The notes under the pieces: generated by a model
The model's database searches: none
Seen by the model: the letters and a program-made list of their open reading frames with translations, nothing else
What the model was told of the DNA's origin: nothing
Translations under genes and position numbers: made by a program
Source: a virus
IMG/VR virus record: IMGVR_UViG_3300044707_000140
Location: 34,081 to 98,080 of that record
Length of the DNA: 64,000 bases
Direction: 5' to 3' (one strand)
Part shown: in pieces, positions 1-8,511 of the stretch
Layout of the letters: every line of letters begins with the position of its first letter
How positions within the stretch are numbered: the first letter of the stretch is position 1

Positions 1-699
1 ACCATCAACTCCATCACTTGTAATGTCTGTCTTTAATCTAAAGTAGGTGGATAGTAACTTCTGGGAAGTTAGCTCTAACACTTGCTTTTCTAGGTAGCCA
101 GGAACAGGAGACTCTTTATCAAGAGGATTCTTGCAAAGTTCTTCTGTTGTATATTCTGGGGTACCACAGCCACATTCTGGAAACATAATGGAATTTGGAA
201 CATCCTCCTCGAACAAAGCAACAAGTCTGATGGCTTTCAGAAGGGGGTTATTCACATAGAGATATCCATTAGCAATCCAGTAGTATTCTTCCTTCTTAAT
301 GATAGGAAGCTTAAGCAAGTTGATATATCTATTGATGGTTATTTCTTTTAGTTTCTTTCCTTGTCCACTTAATGCATTAATAGAGTAGACACCCTGGATA
401 ACGTATTGATAATTACCCTCTGTAATGCGTGGCAACTTAAATTTGGTTCTTGCCACCGTGCAAGGATCTACATAATCACAACATTCAGAAATAGGAACTT
501 CCACCATCTCTAGACAAGGGATGGTGGTGAACACTGTATCAGTGGCCCACAACTTCCTTAGATTAGTCTCACGTTTAATCAAAAGGAAGGCATTATTCTT
601 AATCTCGGACATAACAGCTCTATCCGTGATCAAGTTGTCTGTAGACAGCAACTTGTGCATAGAGCGTACATCCGAAACTAATTTCCTAAAAGTAGACAT
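1..699 (-). CDS. crAss-like tail ring/tubular structural protein (3' end lies outside the window)
   Basis: Missing from the ORF track because it runs off the edge. ATG at 699 overlaps the upstream TAA (TAATG). Hand translation MSTFRKLVSDVRSMHKLLSTDNLITDRAVMSEIKNNAFLLIKRE...IPCLEMVEVPISECC...ARTKFKLP...YYWIANGYLYV resembles crAss ring proteins; position in the structural block fits. Confidence 0.6.
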   Translation of the reverse strand, partial: MSTFRKLVSDVRSMHKLLSTDNLITDRAVMSEIKNNAFLLIKRETNLRKLWATDTVFTTIPCLEMVEVPISECCDYVDPCTVARTKFKLPRITEGNYQYVIQGVYSINALSGQGKKLKEITINRYINLLKLPIIKKEEYYWIANGYLYVNNPLLKAIRLVALFEEDVPNSIMFPECGCGTPEYTTEELCKNPLDKESPVPGYLEKQVLELTSQKLLSTYFRLKTDITSDGVDG

Positions 700-1949
700 T
701 ATAAGTACTGTTTGAATATGTTTGTTATTCCATAATCGAAGTCTATGAGAAATCCAGTCACCTCACCTTTTGTAATAGTGTACCCATTTTTATCATCCCA
801 AGAGCTTTTAGCTGTTGAGAATGCAGGGAGCTGGAAGAACTTAATTCCATTAAAATCCAGGCTCACTTCGTGATGTTTGTCTCCTGTGAAGATGTAGAAG
901 TTCTCATGGTTAGACCATGCTTCTTTATACTCCATAGGAAACAGACCAGCTAGTTTGGCAGGTTTCAAAGCATCCCCATGATTGAACATCATGGCAGAGC
1001 TTCCGTAGCTAACATACTTTCTATATCTTGGAGAGATGTCAAAAGAGACACGCTCTTCATTTCTAAAGTAGGTCTGTAACCAGCTAGCTAAGTGCCATCC
1101 TACAAACTCATCGTGATTACCAGCTACAAATATCACCTCTATATCAGAGCTTTTTTGAAGAAGCAGATTTATTACATTTATCTCATGATCACAAATCCTT
1201 TGGAAAGCACTGTGATAGGACAGAATGTTTTGTTGAGGTGTACCCTTTGTAGTTGTGTTAGTGAACTCACTATTAAATTCGTCTGACCCAATTATGTATT
1301 TAATATCTGTAATATTGTTAGAAAGAGCAGCTTGATTAAGAATTGTTTCTACCTTTTCAATGTAAATAGCAAATCTTTCATTAATATCATTGTTTCCTTC
1401 TATATCTAGTTTGTTCAGATGGGAGTCTTGTTTGTTAATTACCAAACAAGCATCTGCTTTAGATGACTCAAACTTAGGAGCCATTATCTCGGGAGATACT
1501 GGTTGGTAGGCCTCTAAAAAAGAAATGAACGAGTCTTGGAAAACTTGTTCATTGTTTTTCTTACCTAACCAAGCCTTCACTTGATAGTGAGGGGTTTCAG
1601 CATTGCCCCAGTAGTTTTGAACATATTTAGTTATCTCCCACTTGTCCGTATCAATCTTGCACTTTTCAATCAGCTCATCTAAACTTTTGATTTCTTCTTT
1701 ACTATTGAAAACCACCTCACCAGTTCCTTTCTGTACATCCTCGAAAAACCTCACAATTTGGTCTTCTAGTTCTCCAATGTAGTTCCCAACCTCTGCATCA
1801 TTTTCTGCAGTTTCTGAATTTCTTAACTCTCGTATCAACGCATCCACCTCATCCTCTGTAATGTTTAGTTTCTCTGCGTAGAACTTTTTGCTCTTTTTCC
1901 AGTGTAGCATCTGCTCCATCTGGTGCAGAAGGGATTGATTTTCAGGCAT
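699..1949 (-). CDS. Calcineurin-like metallophosphoesterase with N-terminal HTH-like segment
   Basis: Motifs DxH (QDSH), GSD, GNHD, HGD and GDKHH; N-terminal 'AEKLNITEDEV' is HTH-like. Confidence 0.75.
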   Translation of the reverse strand: MPENQSLLHQMEQMLHWKKSKKFYAEKLNITEDEVDALIRELRNSETAENDAEVGNYIGELEDQIVRFFEDVQKGTGEVVFNSKEEIKSLDELIEKCKIDTDKWEITKYVQNYWGNAETPHYQVKAWLGKKNNEQVFQDSFISFLEAYQPVSPEIMAPKFESSKADACLVINKQDSHLNKLDIEGNNDINERFAIYIEKVETILNQAALSNNITDIKYIIGSDEFNSEFTNTTTKGTPQQNILSYHSAFQRICDHEINVINLLLQKSSDIEVIFVAGNHDEFVGWHLASWLQTYFRNEERVSFDISPRYRKYVSYGSSAMMFNHGDALKPAKLAGLFPMEYKEAWSNHENFYIFTGDKHHEVSLDFNGIKFFQLPAFSTAKSSWDDKNGYTITKGEVTGFLIDFDYGITNIFKQYL

Positions 1950-1977
1950 TTACGATTTAGTTTAGTTAAAATTGCCA

Positions 1978-2009
1978 TAAAGGTAGAAAACTTTTTGATA
2001 TTTTCCAAA
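1978..2009 (-). promoter_or_regulatory. Bacteroidota-type sigma promoter
   Basis: Minus strand TTTG-N20-TACCTTTA, upstream of the ATG at 1949. Confidence 0.55.
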
Positions 2010-2054
2010 TTATTTTAAGCACTTAGGTTAGTGTGGATAACTAAGTTGGTTATA

Positions 2055-2088
2055 AATAAAAACTCCCCAGGGTAGAGACCCCAGGGAG
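2055..2088 (-). terminator. Rho-independent terminator
   Basis: Minus strand CTCCCTGGGG-TCTCTA-CCCTGGGGAG followed by TTTTTATT. Confidence 0.7.
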
Positions 2089-2125
2089 AATACCCTGAAA
2101 ACCAACAAACAGGGTTTTTGATTAT

Positions 2126-2707
2126 TTAAAGACCGCAAGGTCCTGTAGGTGTTATACTTCCACTTCCTCCAGTTTGAACAACTGTTCCAGTTTCTGCACA
2201 TATTGATATGCCACCTGAACCTACAGTTTGTGTTAAGAATTCACCTGAGCATGCAAACCACTCTATACTAATAGATGGACTACCCACCACATCATATTGT
2301 GTACAGTCTAAAGGAGCTTCTGTAGTGGTGGTGGTAGTTGTAGGTGGTGGCTCTGTAGTGGTTGTTGTAGTTGTTGTTGGAGGTACTTCTGTAGTGGTGC
2401 TTGTTGTAGTAGATGTACTAGTAGACGTACTAGTTGATGTACTTGTAGTGGTTGTAGAAGAAGTTGATGTTGTGGTGGTACACTCTCCACTTATTGTAAT
2501 ATCTATGTAATTGGTGCAAAGTGCACTATTAGACATCACCCTAATAATAGTGGTTCCATTAGGAACCAGAGATGTTGTGTATCCAGATAAAAGAGCCGCT
2601 TTACTCACACCAGTCTCGAAAGCTGATACAAACCCATCAACATCTGAGTAGAGATTGAATGGGCCTGTATCAGTTCCAGCTGTTGTTAATGTTATTGTTA
2701 CAGTCAC
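2126..2707 (-). CDS. Putative virion fibre/decoration protein with central Thr/Ser/Pro mucin-like tract
   Basis: Beta-rich N-terminal domain, about 55 aa of poly-Thr/Ser/Pro, and a small Cys-containing C-terminal domain; lies in the structural block. Confidence 0.6.
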   Translation of the reverse strand: MTVTITLTTAGTDTGPFNLYSDVDGFVSAFETGVSKAALLSGYTTSLVPNGTTIIRVMSNSALCTNYIDITISGECTTTTSTSSTTTTSTSTSTSTSTSTTTSTTTEVPPTTTTTTTTEPPPTTTTTTTEAPLDCTQYDVVGSPSISIEWFACSGEFLTQTVGSGGISICAETGTVVQTGGSGSITPTGPCGL

Positions 2708-2718
2708 AAATCAGTTGT

Positions 2719-3282
2719 TTAGACAGTGGTTGTAGTGGTAGTAGTTGTGGGAGGTGCAATTGTTGTAGTGGTAGTGGTTGTAGGTGGTGTAATCGTAGTG
2801 GTTGTTGTAGTTGTGGGACACGCTCCAAGAGTTGACAGCGTTACACCAGGGGTTGGTGGTACAACAACAGATTCTGTACAAGCACAGACGTAAATAGTAC
2901 CAAACGCACCAACCACAGCAGTTGTATAAATACCACCACAAGAATAGTAAATAATCTCTGCAGGAGTAATTGTACTGTTGTTTACAGAGTAAAACTCACA
3001 AGAAGGACATGCTATTGTAGTTGTAGTGGTTGTTGTAGAGCTAGTGCTTGTGGTAGTTGTAGTAGTTGTTAAACTATTCACCAGTGTTTGAAGAGCTGTA
3101 ATTTGACTCTGCAAATCACACACCTCAGCATCTATTTTTTGTAGAGATACAGTGACTGTATCACATGTATGAATTCCTGTACAAGGCAGGTTAGGACCAC
3201 TATAGCACACATTATCTGTTGGTGTACATGGAACATTACAGGGGTCTACAGGAGCGTAGTTAGGTTGATTGCAACAAGACAT
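2719..3282 (-). CDS. Cys-rich fibre-like structural protein with two poly-Thr tracts
   Basis: N-terminal 'CYSGPNLPCTGIHTCDTVTVSLQKID' resembles the N-terminus of the neighbouring fibre protein; followed by a coiled coil and Thr runs. Confidence 0.6.
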   Translation of the reverse strand: MSCCNQPNYAPVDPCNVPCTPTDNVCYSGPNLPCTGIHTCDTVTVSLQKIDAEVCDLQSQITALQTLVNSLTTTTTTTSTSSTTTTTTTIACPSCEFYSVNNSTITPAEIIYYSCGGIYTTAVVGAFGTIYVCACTESVVVPPTPGVTLSTLGACPTTTTTTTITPPTTTTTTTIAPPTTTTTTTTV

Positions 3283-3302
3283 TATATAATTATTTTAAAC
3301 TA

Positions 3303-4391
3303 TTAAGGAATATACATGATATAGTAACATCCAAGACCAGGCTGGAAGTTCGGGTGACCTAATCCTCCTCCTGCAGAACCAACACTGACTGCCACAGAAA
3401 CTCCTGTAACTGCTGTGTTTGTGGTGGTTGACGAACTTTTTGTACCATCTTGATCCATGTAATCAGCAACCGCTCCTGGCTCATCTGGATCAGAAAATCC
3501 AGGTGCATACGCAAGAGTGTGTGTATGTCCAGGGTCAGTTACAGTGGCTGTAGCTGAGTGAGAGTGAGCAGCAATCTGAGCAGAGGTAAGTACAATAGAG
3601 TTGGCTCCTTGTGTTCCTAGTAATGTATAAGAAGGATTTCCAGCAACCGCAGGATCAACAGCAGGATTGAGGGGTCCTCCACCCATGCCTGTTGTAGTAC
3701 CTACAGGTACACGCCCTCTTTTATCAGGAGTTCCGTTGTTACCATTACAGAGGTAGATTTTATCAAAAGCACCAATACCTGCACCAGATACATCGAAATT
3801 ACCAGTCAGTGAACCATAGTATTCAACAACAGTGAAAGGCACCATTCTATCCTTGTATGAAGTAGTAGGAGAAGGTGGTGTACAAGCTGCCACTAGAGCG
3901 CACAGTTCTGATTTCTTTACATAGTTAGTTTCAACATCTATTACAAAAGCATCAAAGTCAGCAATGTGTGCACAGAGCTTTGTAATTACTGCCTGAAGGA
4001 TGGCATGAGTTCCAGAAGTGGAAGTTACACCATCTAGACATCCTACAGTGTAGGGTCCTTCTAGTGCAGCAAAGTCATCCTCTAGAGCAGTAACTCGTGT
4101 GTCTAGCTCACATACAGCTTTGATAATAGCATTGATTACATTAGGAAGTGTAAGGTCTTCACAGGCTACTAGATTCTTATTAACAATCTCACAAATGATT
4201 TGTGGGTTAATGTCTAGTTTAATACCTGTACCGTTTAGTGTAGAGACAAGAAATCCAATCAATGCTTGCTCTACATAAGAGAGCGAATCACCAGTTTTGA
4301 TTCCCAAAATAGGAACATCAATACCTGTATACTTAACACACTGATCAGAAACAATCTCTGTACATCCGTTATAGCAATTTGAGCAAGACAT
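3303..4391 (-). CDS. Tail fibre protein with tail-collar-like C-terminal domain
   Basis: 'LCNGNNGTPDKRGRVPVG', 'HSH...GHTH' and 'HPNFQP...YIMY' are typical tail-collar/short-fibre motifs; Cys-rich coiled-coil N-terminus. Confidence 0.7.
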   Translation of the reverse strand: MSCSNCYNGCTEIVSDQCVKYTGIDVPILGIKTGDSLSYVEQALIGFLVSTLNGTGIKLDINPQIICEIVNKNLVACEDLTLPNVINAIIKAVCELDTRVTALEDDFAALEGPYTVGCLDGVTSTSGTHAILQAVITKLCAHIADFDAFVIDVETNYVKKSELCALVAACTPPSPTTSYKDRMVPFTVVEYYGSLTGNFDVSGAGIGAFDKIYLCNGNNGTPDKRGRVPVGTTTGMGGGPLNPAVDPAVAGNPSYTLLGTQGANSIVLTSAQIAAHSHSATATVTDPGHTHTLAYAPGFSDPDEPGAVADYMDQDGTKSSSTTTNTAVTGVSVAVSVGSAGGGLGHPNFQPGLGCYYIMYIP

Positions 4392-4658
4392 TTATCTAAA
4401 TTTTAGAAGTTTAATTCTGCTGGCAATCATGTTCACAGTGAACGCAGCATTATAATTTGGATTGCAATATTTATATGTAAGAATTCTCCTGTAGTTCAGG
4501 AGATCCAACATTGTTCCACCAGGAACAGGTTGGTTTAGAATAAAGACAATATTATTGTACAGATTGCTTGCTAAGTCAGCTAACTTGCAGTCAATCTCAG
4601 CAATTAATGCTGGGATATTAGCACATTCTGGACAATTTGTAAGCCTGGGTGATAACAT
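4392..4658 (-). CDS. Small structural protein (possible tail hub/fibre adaptor)
   Basis: 88-aa ORF tightly packed in the structural operon; function inferred from position only. Confidence 0.45.
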   Translation of the reverse strand: MLSPRLTNCPECANIPALIAEIDCKLADLASNLYNNIVFILNQPVPGGTMLDLLNYRRILTYKYCNPNYNAAFTVNMIASRIKLLKFR

Positions 4659-4770
4659 TTGTTATAATTTTTTGTCCTTGTTTAGTGGCTGCATTGCACA
4701 GCCCACAAAGACCGTTAATCAATTGACATCCACACCCAACATTAGCTCCACAATTTCTACACTTTGCCAT
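4618..4770 (-). CDS. 50-aa Cys-rich protein (not in ORF track)
   Basis: MAKCRNCGANVGCGCQLINGLCGLCNAATKQGQKIITNVITQAYKLSRMC*; ATG follows the previous stop almost directly; CxxC-CxC-CxxC pattern. Confidence 0.6.
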   Translation of the reverse strand: MAKCRNCGANVGCGCQLINGLCGLCNAATKQGQKIITNVITQAYKLSRMC

Positions 4771-4771
4771 A

Positions 4772-5335
4772 TTAGTAAAAGTTTATTACGTAGTTATTTC
4801 CAGAGCAACCACAGTTATTTCTGAGGAAGTTGTCAAGCATTATGTCTGCCTGGTTATATAACCTCATCGCATCCTGTGTAGCGCAGTTGTTAGCTGCAGC
4901 TATAGATCCTTGAATGAAGAAATATATGGAAGTGAGGTTCACCTTTGCTTGTGTTTTAATAGCTCTATCACATTCCATCATATCAAGCTTCATGAATGCG
5001 CCATCAAACTTTTCTTGTAATCTCTCAACACGCATAATTGACTTTTCTACAAAGTTTACATATGCAGGTGCCACTGAGTATTTTAGAAAATACACACCAT
5101 CAGGAAGTGGTTGTTCCACACCTGGTGCAGTGATACCCAAGTTTGAAGAGTTGAAAACATTAAAATCGTTAACGCTGAAAGGTCTAAATACAATACCAAA
5201 ACCAGGAACATTAATCTCAATAGTAGCTCCAGAAACAACAGGAGGGTTTGTAGGATAGACAGATGCATCAGCAACTCCCAACGTAAGTGTGTTATACGTA
5301 GGAATCACTAGTATGTCTAATTTCAAGTCTGCCAT
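4772..5335 (-). CDS. crAss-like tail hub/structural protein
   Basis: 'LPDGVYFLKYSV' Ig-like segment, then a helical part and a C-terminal CGC; follows the auxiliary capsid gene as in crAss-like phages. Confidence 0.55.
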   Translation of the reverse strand: MADLKLDILVIPTYNTLTLGVADASVYPTNPPVVSGATIEINVPGFGIVFRPFSVNDFNVFNSSNLGITAPGVEQPLPDGVYFLKYSVAPAYVNFVEKSIMRVERLQEKFDGAFMKLDMMECDRAIKTQAKVNLTSIYFFIQGSIAAANNCATQDAMRLYNQADIMLDNFLRNNCGCSGNNYVINFY

Positions 5336-5344
5336 GTTGTTTTA

Positions 5345-5392
5345 AATAAATAAGCCAGAGGATCTGAGTTTGTATCCTCTCACCTCTGGCTT
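5345..5392 (-). terminator. Hairpin terminator/attenuator after the auxiliary capsid gene
   Basis: Inverted repeat AAGCCAGAGG (5352-5361) and CCTCTGGCTT (5383-5392), with a U-rich tail on the minus strand. Confidence 0.55.
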
Positions 5393-5428
5393 AGGTTAAT
5401 ATAATATTTCTATGTCTCTATCCTACTA

Positions 5429-6616
5429 TTACGGAATCAAAGTTGATGTAGTAGTAGTAGAAGGCCATACAGTGGTTGTGGTAGATGTAGTGGTGATACA
5501 AGAGTTATCAGCAGTTACAGTACCAAGACCAGCCTCAAGAACAGCCTCAATCAATCCACCAATTGGGTTCGCAGAACCATTGGATTGTGTTTGAGGAGTA
5601 GCAATGATTACAGTGCTGTCTTCAAAGATGTAGTCACCCCATTGATAAGTAGATTTGTCATAAGTGTTGAACTTGATGTAGTAAGTGTCATAAGTAACAC
5701 CATCACTTACCCAGCTTTCAAAGTTCTCGTTATAACCATTCATTCTGTAGAGGTGCTTCAAATATCCAGCCTGATAGCTGTAGAAGTTCTTCTCCAATTG
5801 AGCAATCTCAGCAGAAGTACCAACAGCGTAAGAAGAACGCTGAATGATTACAGGAACTGCTGCAGTGTTACAAGCATCAGCAACGATGAAGTCAGCTGTA
5901 GTTGCAGGTCCATTGATAATGAACGTACGGAACCACATGCGGTCATACTCGAAAGGAAATGCTGCCACATCACAAGGCTGACCATATTTAGTAAGAGGCT
6001 TACCAGTGATACGGAGAACAGCGTTTTGGTCGTTACCAAGTCTCTGGAACTGATAGAAGTCAGAGAAAGTGATGTTGTCAGGGTTGTTACCAGGAGCCTG
6101 ATACAGGAAGTGAAGGATGATGTCATCGATCAAAGCAGGCACATCAACAGTAGTACAAGGATCACCACCACAATCGCAACAAGGTGCATTTACAGTTACT
6201 GAACGAGTGAAACCGTTGAAGTACAGAGTGTCTAAGTAGCTAGAGTGAGCACGCAAAGTTACAGTGATAACATCACCACACTGTACGTTCCAATCTCCAA
6301 CATCTGTAATCTGAGTGATAGGAGTAGGGCAACCTTGCACCTTGTACCACTCAGTTACGTTGCTGTTGCAACCAGATCCTGAAGGACAACCTTTAATCTT
6401 ATCAGAACGCTTAGAGCCTTGCAGATAAGTGTTAGTACGGCCCTGCGCAACATAGAAATAAGGAGCAGCAGCGATGTTACCAGCTGTTGCAAGAGTGTAG
6501 TCATTGCGGAATATACCCACCTGACCTGCTGTTAAATCTTGCGTAGATCCAGAGCTAGGGAGCGCAGTTTGCCCTACTGGTACTACGAACAGCGTAGTTA
6601 ATGAAAAATCAGCCAT
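5429..6616 (-). CDS. Putative auxiliary capsid protein (crAss gene-73-like) with C-terminal Thr tail
   Basis: Third gene after the major capsid gene, as in crAss gene order; codon usage like a highly expressed gene; ends CITTTSTTTTVWPSTTTTSTLIP. Confidence 0.6.
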   Translation of the reverse strand: MADFSLTTLFVVPVGQTALPSSGSTQDLTAGQVGIFRNDYTLATAGNIAAAPYFYVAQGRTNTYLQGSKRSDKIKGCPSGSGCNSNVTEWYKVQGCPTPITQITDVGDWNVQCGDVITVTLRAHSSYLDTLYFNGFTRSVTVNAPCCDCGGDPCTTVDVPALIDDIILHFLYQAPGNNPDNITFSDFYQFQRLGNDQNAVLRITGKPLTKYGQPCDVAAFPFEYDRMWFRTFIINGPATTADFIVADACNTAAVPVIIQRSSYAVGTSAEIAQLEKNFYSYQAGYLKHLYRMNGYNENFESWVSDGVTYDTYYIKFNTYDKSTYQWGDYIFEDSTVIIATPQTQSNGSANPIGGLIEAVLEAGLGTVTADNSCITTTSTTTTVWPSTTTTSTLIP

Positions 6617-6644
6617 TTTGTTTTATTTTAGGTGATTAAAAAAT

Positions 6645-7376
6645 CTATTCGTTTGTCTGTATCCTGAATTGTGCACTTTGAACAGCAGATTGGTTCTCAG
6701 TGTACATTGCAAGGTTTTGTACTGTTAAGTCTAACAGCTCATCCTCCAGATATAGTTCAAGTTCGCAGTCTTGATCAAATGATGGTTCTCCATCTAGCAT
6801 GATATATCCTGTCTTATTTATATACAAAGGATAACGCATGTAGGACATGTAAATCTTGCTCGGAGTGAAGGTACCATCAGTGAAGATGGATATTTCATCT
6901 GTAGAGAGGAAGTTGAAAGTCTCTTGATATTCAAAAGAAGGCTTGTAGTGATCATTGTTCAGAATGAACTGTAAGTCACCATGTTTAGCCAAGTCTCTGT
7001 TAATCCAGATCTTTCTATCCTTACACACCCCTTTGTCAGCTAGTACATATGCATCAATATAGAACATGTACTTAGGAACAAGTAGGTGCAGATTAGCAAA
7101 CCATTGATTTAGTTCAGCGTTCTTGAGAGTGAGAGCAAGAGGTTGATTGTTATACGTGACCACTAAGCTTTGGAGGTCCTCATAACGCTTCTTGAAAGCA
7201 TCGAGACCCATTCCACTTATTACACTAAAACCATCAACCTTTTGTTTTATCAGCTTAATCTGGGCCTCATTGAGAGCCAGAATTTTATCTTCTAAGTTTA
7301 TCTGCTGGTGTATATTGGTCGATAGTTTATTTAGTTTTTGGTCAATCTTATATAATAAACTATCTACTGGTATCAT
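6645..7376 (-). CDS. crAss-like ring/neck protein (gene-74-like)
   Basis: 'LNEAQIKLIK', 'YMRYP' and 'CELELYLEDELLDLTV' pattern; synteny. Confidence 0.65.
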   Translation of the reverse strand: MIPVDSLLYKIDQKLNKLSTNIHQQINLEDKILALNEAQIKLIKQKVDGFSVISGMGLDAFKKRYEDLQSLVVTYNNQPLALTLKNAELNQWFANLHLLVPKYMFYIDAYVLADKGVCKDRKIWINRDLAKHGDLQFILNNDHYKPSFEYQETFNFLSTDEISIFTDGTFTPSKIYMSYMRYPLYINKTGYIMLDGEPSFDQDCELELYLEDELLDLTVQNLAMYTENQSAVQSAQFRIQTNE

Positions 7377-8341
7377 ACTGCAGCTAATTTCTTAGATTTC
7401 AACTTACCTTCGAGAGTCAAGAGCAAGTCTTGGTTATCATCGTCAGCAAGCAGTTTAATTAAATCATCTTCATCCTTAGCTACTTCAAACTCACCTTCAT
7501 AAATCTTACCATTTGGTCGAGCTCTATAAATAGAATGTGTAAGAGCTTGTTTCACTAAGTCTTTGATATGGAGTAAGTTATCCTTCATATCTGCGAAGCG
7601 TGTGAACACTTCAACAGGATTTAACCCTTGATACTTACCGTTTTTAAACTCGGTTTGTTTGAGGACATTATCTACAAGATTGTAAACAGCTTCCTCTTTA
7701 GTATCATCAGTTACAGGTAATCCCAACAAGCGTGCCACTTTTCTTTTTCTCTCAGGGGTCATATTGTCAAACTTGACAATAGCCTTATTGATAAGTTGCT
7801 TCTTCTTGAACATCACTGCGTTCTCAATATCCTCGTCAGCCACATAAAACTGTGTATCTGCAGGAAATTCACCACGCTCCCAAGCTTGATAAGAACTTGC
7901 AATTGTGGGGTGAACACGCAACCAAGAGAAAGCTATTTCCTGAAGAGGAATAGAAAGATCAAAGAAGTTGTCTCCATCTAGCAGCTTTACAGGCTGAACG
8001 TGCAAAGTGTCATTTGTAGATGTGGACATTCCATAGTTCCAGAAATTAGAACGAGGACCTAGATCAACATCTCCTAAAGCAGCTTGTAACTTGTCTCTTA
8101 AAGCTGTTACACGTTCAGTCTCCATTTCTCTCTCTAGAGGATCAGAGATTCTGCGTATGTAAGCAGCATCAGGATCAATACCTGTGCGGTATTTACCATC
8201 AAGTTCTTTGTAAGGATACTTAAATACCCCTGTTCCAGGGATACGTGTAAGCCCTCTTAAAGACAGGCCACCTTGCATTGTTTGAAGTTGTGAGTTATTA
8301 TACTCCTTCTTAAGTGTTGAGATTTTACCTAACTTACCCAT
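7373..8341 (-). CDS. Conserved crAss-like protein immediately downstream of the major capsid gene (gene-75-like)
   Basis: Start moved from 8449 to the ATG at 8341 (MGKLGK), which carries the recurrent AAACCAA...AACTACAT leader; synteny. Confidence 0.65.
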   Translation of the reverse strand: MGKLGKISTLKKEYNNSQLQTMQGGLSLRGLTRIPGTGVFKYPYKELDGKYRTGIDPDAAYIRRISDPLEREMETERVTALRDKLQAALGDVDLGPRSNFWNYGMSTSTNDTLHVQPVKLLDGDNFFDLSIPLQEIAFSWLRVHPTIASSYQAWERGEFPADTQFYVADEDIENAVMFKKKQLINKAIVKFDNMTPERKRKVARLLGLPVTDDTKEEAVYNLVDNVLKQTEFKNGKYQGLNPVEVFTRFADMKDNLLHIKDLVKQALTHSIYRARPNGKIYEGEFEVAKDEDDLIKLLADDDNQDLLLTLEGKLKSKKLAAV

Positions 8342-8511
8342 ATGTAGTTTATTTATTTGGTTTATTAGCAGAGATGTGAGGACCGAACCTCGCAGCAATT
8401 GGGAGACACCCCAATTCTCACCTCTGTAGTTTGAGAAGAGCTCCCCCACTCTGAAGTGGGGGGTATTCTCTCCTCGGTAGTTTATAAGAACAGCGTATAG
8501 CTGTATTCTTA

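Noticed and set aside
2208-2510. Val-rich plus-strand ORFs opposite the Thr tracts (also 5412-5594, 55066-55347, 57366-57659)
   Set aside because: Antisense shadows of ACN and GTS repeat codons; they oppose the operon direction.
2320-3070. GTA/GTT/GTG trinucleotide runs as microsatellite, CRISPR or DGR repeats
   Set aside because: They are mixed Thr codons inside ORFs; no repeat-spacer structure, no TR/VR pair and no reverse transcriptase seen.
8342-8449. N-terminal extension of the 7373-8449 ORF
   Set aside because: Runs through a hairpin-rich intergenic region; the ATG at 8341 has the recurrent leader motif.
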